The position numbers and the translations under genes are program-made. A model generated the notes under the pieces. The model was not told the origin of the DNA and ran no database searches. It worked only from the letters and a program-made list of their open reading frames with translations. 24,000 nt of DNA from Paenibacillus sp. An7 (GTDB lineage Bacteria; Bacillota; Bacilli; Paenibacillales; Paenibacillaceae). Positions 8,590 to 15,546 of this stretch are shown here, piece after piece (within the stretch, counting starts at the first letter, position 1; each line of letters starts with the position of its first letter). The stretch spans positions 135,562 through 159,561 of the forward strand of contig NZ_WTWX01000009.1 in NCBI RefSeq assembly GCF_009870785.1, given 5' to 3'.

Positions 8590-9657
8590 ATGGATGGAGG
8601 TGAAGAGCAGTTGCGTTACATTTTACCTGTATACACGTTATGTCACGGCGGAGCACAGCGAATGATCGCGGAACTTGCGAATCGGCTTGTCGACACGGGG
8701 CATGAAGTTTTGATTGTAATGCCAAGCCAAGGTGTAGTGGAATATGAGATCAAAGCACGAATTTTGCAAGTGAAGGAGACCATTTTACAATCACGCCATA
8801 TCCCTAAGGGGGATGTCGTTTTATCTAATTTTTACACAACAGCTTTTCCGGCGCAGCAAGCCAGCGAAGAAGGCAAAGGGCTGCATGTAAGGTTGTCCTT
8901 GTGTTATGAGCCTACTTTTCTGAGAGATAACCAATATTCATTTCCTTCCTATCATCTAACCCCTCATTTACTTGTACTTTCCAGGTGGCAGCAAGATATG
9001 ATTTTTCTTAATCATGGAATAAAGGGCAGAATTGTACCTATAGGTGTCAGCCGCTTTTTTCATAATATGCATATTCGGGAACAATTAAATGGTCCGCTGC
9101 GTATTACTTCGATCTACCGGAAAGAAGAAGGGGATTTTTCGTGGCATCGGGAACAAAAATATTTACTTGCTCAGCTTGATCTTGTGAAAGCCGCTCATCC
9201 AGAAGTGAGTTTGAACTTAATAACACCTCCTGGCGAATATGCAGACTCCGAGGATATACAGTTTCTTCAATCGACGGGAAAATATAATATCTATACTCCA
9301 GAGAACGATGAAGAATTGAGATATCATTATAACCAGACCGATATCTATGTTAGTTCAGGTTCATATGATACAGGTTCACTTCCGGGTCTTGAAGCGATGA
9401 GATGCGGAGCAGCTCTTGTCGCTTGTTATTCAGGAGGAAACACGGAATATGCTATGCATGAACGAAACTGTCTTATGTCTTATCGATACGAGAATCGGTT
9501 AGCTAAAGATGTAATCAGGCTGATTGAAAATGATCATCTGAGGTTAAAACTGGCGAAGAATGGGGAACGCGACTCAAGTGTCTTCACCTGGGAGAAAAGT
9601 TATTCCGAGCTGGAGCGGATTGTGAACGATATCGTGAGCAGAGTCCGTGCTATTTAG
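8590..9657 (+). CDS. GT4-type glycosyltransferase
   Basis: 355-aa ORF. The N-terminal CHGGAQRMIAELANRLVDTGHEVLIV and C-terminal LPGLEAMRCGAALVACYSGGNTEY (E-x7-E) are typical of GT-B/GT4. ATG 8590 directly abuts the upstream TGA. An alternative TTG at 8611 follows GGAGG (8596-8600). Confidence 0.75.
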   Translation: MDGGEEQLRYILPVYTLCHGGAQRMIAELANRLVDTGHEVLIVMPSQGVVEYEIKARILQVKETILQSRHIPKGDVVLSNFYTTAFPAQQASEEGKGLHVRLSLCYEPTFLRDNQYSFPSYHLTPHLLVLSRWQQDMIFLNHGIKGRIVPIGVSRFFHNMHIREQLNGPLRITSIYRKEEGDFSWHREQKYLLAQLDLVKAAHPEVSLNLITPPGEYADSEDIQFLQSTGKYNIYTPENDEELRYHYNQTDIYVSSGSYDTGSLPGLEAMRCGAALVACYSGGNTEYAMHERNCLMSYRYENRLAKDVIRLIENDHLRLKLAKNGERDSSVFTWEKSYSELERIVNDIVSRVRAI

Positions 9658-9688
9658 CCCGAAGTTTCTTTTGAGGCTAGATCTATAT

Positions 9689-9733
9689 GAAAAGCCCCCT
9701 GCTTAGAAGAGCTTAGAAGGCAGGGGGCTTTTC
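9689..9733. terminator. Bidirectional rho-independent terminator between convergent genes
   Basis: Perfect 14-bp stem, GAAAAGCCCCCTGC (9689-9702) pairing with GCAGGGGGCTTTTC (9720-9733), with a 17-nt loop. The A-run and T-run flanks give a U-tract in both orientations. Confidence 0.8.
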
Positions 9734-9743
9734 ATCATGAGTT

Positions 9744-11021
9744 TTAACGATATAAAAGATCTTGTTTTTCTTTTTGAGAAGCCGCTTTTTTTCCGAAAAA
9801 CAGTGTTTTGGTGAAAAATACCCTGGCATATCTGTAATTGACAACGATAGCTAACACAATACTGATCAGATTGATCGCAATGGCCAGTTCAAATACACTT
9901 CTAACATGGAAATGCTCCATTAGCAGGCCAGTGACAAAAGGAATTGTCGTATAGGAAATGGAGGTAGCGGTGTACATGAAACCGGTAATCTGTCCTTTTC
10001 GTTCACTAAAAAATTCACTCATCACAGTAAGCGATAACTGCAATACGCCTGAAATTGTAAAACCAATTAACAAGACAGCTGCAATCATTGCCATTTGAGA
10101 TTTCACGGTCAGAAGCAGTATAAACGCAAACAAGGAAAGAATGGGATATAAGAGAACGACACTCACAGGTTTTAACCATTTGCTAAGTGCAATAACAAGA
10201 AAGAATACAGAGACTAAGGAGCCGATATTATAGTAGCTAATCAGCTTAAGCGAATCTGCTTCTGTTAAGCCTATCATCTGTTGTCCATAAGTAGGGAGCC
10301 AGAGTTGCATAACATATAAAAGAGCAGGTCCCGTGAAACCAAGTAAGATTAAGCAAATTCCCTCTAGCCTAAAGCGTGGCTGAGAATGATATACCGGTTT
10401 TTTCGGTACTTCTTTCGTGATGGTTTCATCATCTTTTTCTTCGTCTTCGCACTTCATACTCGGAAACTTCGCTCTGTAGATCAAAATCGTATTCAGAAGA
10501 AAAATGATAGCAGGCAGGAAGAAGGCATATCCATAAAACCAATCTTGATTCATGATAAATAAAATGATGATCGGCAGCAGCGATGCTCCTACCGAGATCA
10601 CACCTCTAACTAATACCGTTGCTGAGCCAGCTGCTTTTGGAAAGGCTTCTATAAGCGCTGGATAGGTACCCGAATCCATACAAGCATTGGCAACCCCTGC
10701 GAGCACTGCAAAAATAACGGCTGTTCCTAAGTTTGGACTGAGCGGAATACCGACCAGGAAGACGGCCATGAGAATACCTGCAATGATAATAAACGGTTTT
10801 CGTCCAAATCGATCTGATAATAAGCCTGATACGTATAGTGTAGCAAGGCGGACAAAACAGATGGCTGATACAAGCAAGCTGACACCGGCTGCATTCGTAT
10901 GAAGAGATTCGGTTAGAAATGACATATGAGATGCCAAAATAATATTAACCATCCCGTATAAGAAATAGTTGATGTATATTCCACAAGCTGCGTGAAGATA
11001 ACTATTTTTCAGGGTATTCAT
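9744..11021 (-). CDS. MFS transporter (YdiM/YdiN-like by recollection); paralog of 15547-16761
   Basis: The sequence is hydrophobic with multiple membrane spans. It carries the MFS loop motif GLLSDRFGRKP and a charged central loop. I prefer ATG at 11021 (GGTGGAG at 11034-11028, 6-nt spacer) to the ORF-track GTG at 11033. Confidence 0.85.
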   Translation of the reverse strand: MNTLKNSYLHAACGIYINYFLYGMVNIILASHMSFLTESLHTNAAGVSLLVSAICFVRLATLYVSGLLSDRFGRKPFIIIAGILMAVFLVGIPLSPNLGTAVIFAVLAGVANACMDSGTYPALIEAFPKAAGSATVLVRGVISVGASLLPIIILFIMNQDWFYGYAFFLPAIIFLLNTILIYRAKFPSMKCEDEEKDDETITKEVPKKPVYHSQPRFRLEGICLILLGFTGPALLYVMQLWLPTYGQQMIGLTEADSLKLISYYNIGSLVSVFFLVIALSKWLKPVSVVLLYPILSLFAFILLLTVKSQMAMIAAVLLIGFTISGVLQLSLTVMSEFFSERKGQITGFMYTATSISYTTIPFVTGLLMEHFHVRSVFELAIAINLISIVLAIVVNYRYARVFFTKTLFFGKKAASQKEKQDLLYR

Positions 11022-11127
11022 GATGTACTCCACCTAACCGATAATGATAGTGAAAAAAATCACAAACGATAACACAATAACATAAAAAAATGGATTGAAA
11101 CTCTCAAACTGGAGTATAAAGTACAAT

Positions 11128-11156
11128 TTTATATAAATCAATAGATTGAATATCAA
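11128..11156 (-). promoter_or_regulatory. SigA-type promoter for the MFS gene (TTGATA-17 nt-TATAAA), with a TCAAT-CT-ATTGA palindrome in the spacer
   Basis: The minus strand reads TTGATA ttcaatctattgattta TATAAA. The -35 is at 11156-11151, the -10 at 11133-11128, and the spacer is 17 nt. This is about 100 nt upstream of the ATG at 11021. Confidence 0.5.
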
Positions 11157-11208
11157 GAAAATGTGTCATTAAATGTAAAAATCCGTCGCATCATAATAAG
11201 AAAAGAAA

Positions 11209-12105
11209 CTACTTAATACTTCCCTGACAATGTGCAATGACATAATCCCGAAATGCAATGGCTGCGGGTGATAAATAACGATTTTTTACTGTAGCCATAT
11301 AGATATATCGCTCATAGCTTGGGTTAGAGATGGGCAGTGCTTTGACCTGAAAATGATTTAGTGTGCTGATCCGGGGCATAATGCCAATTCCGTAATTTAC
11401 AGATACAAGTCCTGCCATCGCATTATCCTCCTCAATCTCACAGATAATGTGCGGAGTGACGTCCACTTGGGCAAATAGGTCGTCAATAATGGGCCTTACA
11501 CCGCTCGCCTCATTAAAGAAAATGAATGGATACCCGGCTGTATCTTTCAAATCAATAGAATCCTGATTCGCTAAAGGATGCTCTGGATGAACAATCACTA
11601 CCAGTTCTTCTTTTGTGACGGGGATAAACTCAATATGTTCTTGTTCTTCAGGGAGAAAGGAACAGAACGCGATATCAAAGGTGTCATTTTTTAATTCCTG
11701 AATTAAAGTTTGTGTATTTCCTTGATGAAAAGAGAGCGTAATATCTTTGAACTCCTCACGAGAAGTAAAGGATTGAATCAGAGAAGGGGCAAAGTGCGGT
11801 CCGAGTGTGTAGATAAAAGCTAGATCAACTCGGCCATGATTGGGACTAGCAAGCTCCCGGATTTTATGCTCACCTTTACTAAGCTCAGACAAAGCCTTGT
11901 CAACATGTTCGAGGAATACACGACCATACTTGGTCAGACGGACATTCCGTCCTTTTTTCTCGAATAAGGGAACGCCAAGTTTCTTCTCTAGTTCTGCGAT
12001 GGCGTGACTTAGACTGGGCTGTGTAATATGCAGTTTAGCTGAAGCCTGGGTGAAGTGTTCTAGTTCAGCTAGGACTTGAAAGTACTGTAGATGCCTAAGA
12101 TTCAT
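11209..12105 (-). CDS. LysR-family transcriptional regulator
   Basis: N-terminal wHTH MNLRHLQYFQVLAELEHFTQASAKLHITQPSLSHAIAELEKKLGVPLFEKKGR, plus a LysR substrate-binding type C-terminus. SD AGGAAG lies 8 nt upstream. The gene is divergent from the 12467 operon. Confidence 0.9.
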   Translation of the reverse strand: MNLRHLQYFQVLAELEHFTQASAKLHITQPSLSHAIAELEKKLGVPLFEKKGRNVRLTKYGRVFLEHVDKALSELSKGEHKIRELASPNHGRVDLAFIYTLGPHFAPSLIQSFTSREEFKDITLSFHQGNTQTLIQELKNDTFDIAFCSFLPEEQEHIEFIPVTKEELVVIVHPEHPLANQDSIDLKDTAGYPFIFFNEASGVRPIIDDLFAQVDVTPHIICEIEEDNAMAGLVSVNYGIGIMPRISTLNHFQVKALPISNPSYERYIYMATVKNRYLSPAAIAFRDYVIAHCQGSIK

Positions 12106-12159
12106 AAGTACAACTTCCTTTCCTATGAGTTAGAAAGCAGGATTATTATAAAACAATCC

Positions 12160-12174
12160 ATAGATAAAATCTAT
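12160..12174. promoter_or_regulatory. LysR-type T-N11-A box (ATAGAT-AAA-ATCTAT perfect inverted repeat)
   Basis: ATAGATAAAATCTAT lies in the divergent lysR/operon intergenic region and contains T-N11-A dyad symmetry. It overlaps the motif shared with the MFS promoter. Confidence 0.45.
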
Positions 12175-12215
12175 TGATTTTTATGAAAATATGAATTTGT
12201 TTTATTGAAAATCTG

Positions 12216-12243
12216 ATTATACAATGTAGCCATAAACGTTCAG
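12216..12243 (-). promoter_or_regulatory. Candidate lysR promoter (perfect -10 TATAAT, weak -35 cTGAac)
   Basis: The minus strand reads ctgaac-16 nt-TATAAT, with the -10 at 12221-12216. The LysR box at 12160-12174 would lie downstream of the transcription start, which fits autoregulation. The -35 is weak. Confidence 0.3.
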
Positions 12244-12364
12244 CTGAATGAAATTGAATTAGATAATGAATAGTGACTAGACTTACCAACAAACGAAAAA
12301 AAGAACAGATGATCTCTCACAACACTAGAGCCGCTCGCTTCAGCGGTTATATTTTAGACCTGAC

Positions 12365-12382
12365 ATGTGAATTAATTCACAT
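12365..12382. promoter_or_regulatory. Perfect 18-bp palindrome ATGTGAATTAATTCACAT: Rex-type (TTGTGAA-N4-TTCACAA) or Crp/Fnr-type (TGTGA-N6-TCACA) operator
   Basis: Read directly. Both half-sites are perfect, and it lies 85-102 nt upstream of the 12467 start codon. A further TTCACAT copy occurs at 12390-12396. Confidence 0.5.
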
Positions 12383-12466
12383 TGGAAGATTCACATGGAA
12401 AGTTTGCAAGACGTTAAGGATGCGGGTCTTAAACATCTTAGATTAAATAAACTGGAGGAAGAGTAA

Positions 12467-14452
12467 ATGTATCCTACGATTTTTTCACCCTTAACTGTGA
12501 AAAGCATGACCCTCAAGAACCGAATTGTCATGCCGCCGATGGGAACGAACTTTGCCGGTACAAACGGTGAAATGACACCAAACCATATGAAATATTATGA
12601 GCAACGGGCGAAAGGCGGAACCGGTCTAATTATTGTAGAAAATGCTTGTCTCGATTTCCCTTTAGGCTCCAATGGAACGACCCAGCTGCGTATAGACCAT
12701 GATCGTTATATTCCAGGGTTCTACGAGCTGACAGAACGTCTTCATAATCAAGGTGCCAAAGTAGCGATTCAAATTAACCATGCAGGTGCTTCTGCAGTTC
12801 CGGATCGAATTGGACAGCAGCCTGTATCCTCTTCTAATATTCCTTCGAAAGCAGGCGGAGCGGTTCCTCGCCCGCTTACCAAAGAAGAAATTCTAGAGAT
12901 TGTAGAGAAGTACGGAAAAGCAGCAAAACGAGTGAAAATGGCAGGTTTTGATGCGATAGAAATTCACGCAGGACACTCCTATTTGCTCTGTCAGTTCTTG
13001 TCTCCTGTATATAACAAACGTACAGATGAGTTTGGCGGCAGTTACGAGAATCGTGCTCGCTTCGCTCGCATGGTTATTGACCGGATCAGAGCAGAGGTTG
13101 GACCAATGTTCCCGATCATGCTTCGAATCAGTGCGGATGAATTTGTTGCCGGAGGCAACACTTTAGAAGATTCACTCCAGCTTCTTGATTATCTGCATGA
13201 GGAAGTAGACGTCATTAATGTGTCCGCGGCGCTGAATGATTCCCTGCAATATCAGATTGATCAAATGAGTCTGCCTGATGGATGGCGCTCCTATCTGGCA
13301 AAAGCAGTACGTGATAAATTTAATAAACCGACGATTGCGAGCGGTAATTTCCGTCATCCACAGGTGGCTGAAAATGTACTCTCTAAAGGAGAAGCGGATC
13401 TCATTGCGATCGGGCGCGGACTTATCGCTGATCCTGATTGGGTAAGCAAAGTAAGCCGTGGTGAAGAAGAAATGCTTCGTAAATGTATTTCTTGTAACAT
13501 TGGATGTGCTGGTCACCGAATTGCACTCAATCGTCCAATTAAATGTACGGTAAATCCAGATGTCATCAATGGAGATGAATATAAAGATAAGCAAGTGAAG
13601 AAGCAAACGAATGTTGTAGTTATCGGCGGAGGTACAGCCGGTCTAGAGGCGGCATGTACAGCAGCAGAAGTAGGTTGCAATACATTCCTAATTGAACAGA
13701 AATCGTATCTCGGCGGACTAGCTGCTGAAATCTCAAGATTGCCGGACAAAAAACGAATTGCTGATTTCCCTAAATATTTAAATCAAAGAAGCAAACGGTT
13801 GAAAAATCTTATTACCTTTACGGATACCGTTGCCGATATCGCTCGAATCGAGAACTTGAAGCCGGATGTGATCGTGAATGCAACAGGATCTAAGCCTTTG
13901 CTTCCGCCAATTCAAGGATTGTTAGAACATATTGATAAGCCGGGTAGTCGTGTTCATTCTATTTTCAGTCTGCTGAGTGACGTGAATCAGTTCCCTAATA
14001 TGGAAGGAAAGAAAGTAGCTGTTATCGGTGGTGGTGCAGTTGGCCTGGATGTAGTTGAATTTTTCTCATCTCAAAAAGCAGAGGTTACCATTGTAGAACG
14101 ACTTCCTGAACTAGGTAAGGATCTTGATATTATTACTAGAATTTCTATGATGGACATGCTGAAGAAACATGAAGTTGATGTGAGAACAAGCACATCCTTG
14201 GTTGAAGTGGCGGGGGATCATTTCAAACTAGAATATGAGGGTGAAGTGAGCTCTCTTGATTTTGACTTTGGATTTGTCTGCCTGGGTATGAGACCAGAAC
14301 GTCCTGAACTCAGTGAGGTAGAGAAGCATTTTATTCCTCAGGGAGTAGAAGTTATTAATATTGGAGATAGTCTCGGCGCACGTAAAATCTTAGATGGGGT
14401 ACGCGAAGGGAGAAATATCCTTTCTACCTTGAAAAAGATAGGTTCCTTGTAA
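12467..14452 (+). CDS. FMN/[4Fe-4S]/FAD NAD(P)H-dependent oxidoreductase of the 2,4-dienoyl-CoA reductase (FadH) / 2-enoate reductase family
   Basis: GGAGG lies 8 nt upstream. The OYE-like N-terminus includes LKNRIVMPPMGTN, QINHAGA and EIHAGHSYLLCQFLSP. The Cys cluster CISCNIGC-x12-C is at 13484-13546. Two dinucleotide folds are present: VVVIGGGTAGLEAA and VAVIGGGAVGLD. Confidence 0.85.
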   Translation: MYPTIFSPLTVKSMTLKNRIVMPPMGTNFAGTNGEMTPNHMKYYEQRAKGGTGLIIVENACLDFPLGSNGTTQLRIDHDRYIPGFYELTERLHNQGAKVAIQINHAGASAVPDRIGQQPVSSSNIPSKAGGAVPRPLTKEEILEIVEKYGKAAKRVKMAGFDAIEIHAGHSYLLCQFLSPVYNKRTDEFGGSYENRARFARMVIDRIRAEVGPMFPIMLRISADEFVAGGNTLEDSLQLLDYLHEEVDVINVSAALNDSLQYQIDQMSLPDGWRSYLAKAVRDKFNKPTIASGNFRHPQVAENVLSKGEADLIAIGRGLIADPDWVSKVSRGEEEMLRKCISCNIGCAGHRIALNRPIKCTVNPDVINGDEYKDKQVKKQTNVVVIGGGTAGLEAACTAAEVGCNTFLIEQKSYLGGLAAEISRLPDKKRIADFPKYLNQRSKRLKNLITFTDTVADIARIENLKPDVIVNATGSKPLLPPIQGLLEHIDKPGSRVHSIFSLLSDVNQFPNMEGKKVAVIGGGAVGLDVVEFFSSQKAEVTIVERLPELGKDLDIITRISMMDMLKKHEVDVRTSTSLVEVAGDHFKLEYEGEVSSLDFDFGFVCLGMRPERPELSEVEKHFIPQGVEVINIGDSLGARKILDGVREGRNILSTLKKIGSL

Positions 14453-14585
14453 GATCAACAGAGGTGTCTGCGTGCTAGAATAAAAAGTTCTGGCACGTGG
14501 CTACCGAGGGAATTACAAAGTTGACCGAGTTATGGTCTTGTCTTTGATAAATAATGAATATAAACAACTAGAGGAGATGTTAATC

Positions 14586-15449
14586 ATGGCAGAACGTATT
14601 TCAGGAAAAACAAAACTTATTGGTTTATTAGGAACTCCCATTTCTCACAGTTTGTCCCCAAAAATGCATAACGAAGCTTTCGCTAAACTCGGATTAGACT
14701 ATGTGTATTTAGCATTTGATGTGGATAATGAGCAGCTTCCTGGGGTAATTCAAGGTTTCCGCTCCCTTAATGTACGTGGTTGCAACGTGACGATGCCGAA
14801 TAAAACGGTTGTTCTTCAATATTTAGATAAGTTATCTCCTGCAGCTGAACTTGCAGGAGCAGTGAACACTGTAGTGAACGATAATGGGGTGCTTACAGGT
14901 CATATCACCGATGGAGTAGGGTACATGAGAGCACTCAAAGAAGATGGTATTGATATCATTGGCAAAAAAATGACGATTACAGGTGCCGGCGGAGCAGCCA
15001 CAGCGATCTGTATTCAAGCAGCACTGGACGGTGTTAAAGAAATCTCTATTTTTAATAGAAAAGATGCATTCTATGAGCGTGCGGAACAAACGGTTAGAAA
15101 TATTATGGAAAAGACAGATTGCAAAGTGAAGCTGTTTGACCTGGAAGACACGAACACTCTCTATAAGGAAATTGAAGACAGTGCAATCTTTACGAATGCA
15201 ACAGGCGTGGGCATGAAACCACTCGTAGGTCAAAGCCTCATTACCGACCCTGCTGTACTGCGCAGTGATCTGATTGTATCTGATGTCGTTTATATTCCTG
15301 AAAAAACACGTCTGCTTGAGATGGCAGAAGAACAAGGATGCCGTACAATTAACGGTCTTGGCATGATGCTATGGCAAGGTGCAGAAGCATTCAAAATCTG
15401 GACAGGGGAAGACATGCCTGTTGATTACATTAAAGAATTGTTGTTCTAG
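14586..15449 (+). CDS. ydiB: Quinate/shikimate dehydrogenase, YdiB type
   Basis: I prefer ATG 14586 (GAGGAG at 14571-14576, 9-nt spacer) to the ORF-track start at 14532. Motifs shared with E. coli YdiB, from memory: LIGLLGTPISHSLSP, NVTMPNK, NTVVNDNG, TDG-G, TGAGGAATAI, FNRKDAFY, TDCKV, GMKPL, GMMLWQGAEAFKIWTG. Confidence 0.85.
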   Translation: MAERISGKTKLIGLLGTPISHSLSPKMHNEAFAKLGLDYVYLAFDVDNEQLPGVIQGFRSLNVRGCNVTMPNKTVVLQYLDKLSPAAELAGAVNTVVNDNGVLTGHITDGVGYMRALKEDGIDIIGKKMTITGAGGAATAICIQAALDGVKEISIFNRKDAFYERAEQTVRNIMEKTDCKVKLFDLEDTNTLYKEIEDSAIFTNATGVGMKPLVGQSLITDPAVLRSDLIVSDVVYIPEKTRLLEMAEEQGCRTINGLGMMLWQGAEAFKIWTGEDMPVDYIKELLF

Positions 15450-15546
15450 GAAGGCGTCTGCCTTCTCACGGCGACACTTGTGAAAAAATGAACAAACTAA
15501 TTCGATCTTAACAAATGAATCTACTCTAAAGGAGCAGTGGAATGTT

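Noticed and set aside
9701-9719. Tandem direct repeat GCTTAGAAG x2 in the loop of the bidirectional terminator
   Set aside because: It is short and sits inside a terminator loop, and no alternative pairing or function is evident.
12329-12348. Small hairpin AGCCGCT-cgcttc-AGCGGTT followed by a T-rich stretch in the lysR/operon intergenic region
   Set aside because: The stem is only 7 bp with a G-U pair, the U-tract is interrupted, and no upstream gene on this strand needs terminating. Its significance is unclear.
12309-12446. 45-aa ORF (MISHNTRAARFSGYILDLTCELIHIGRFTWKVCKTLRMRVLNILD) in the long leader, spanning the Rex/Fnr-type palindrome
   Set aside because: It has no SD upstream and no recognisable features, and chance ORFs of this size are plausible in a 361-nt AT-rich gap. 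It would need ribosome profiling to revive.
13172-13749. Minus-strand ORFs of 144 aa and 78 aa inside the flavoprotein gene
   Set aside because: They are antisense shadows of a strongly supported 661-aa CDS, and their sequence is low-complexity and Ile/Phe-rich, as expected for the reverse frame.
14832-15335. 167-aa minus-strand ORF inside ydiB
   Set aside because: It is antisense to a gene with dense family motifs, and it has no SD or recognisable domains.
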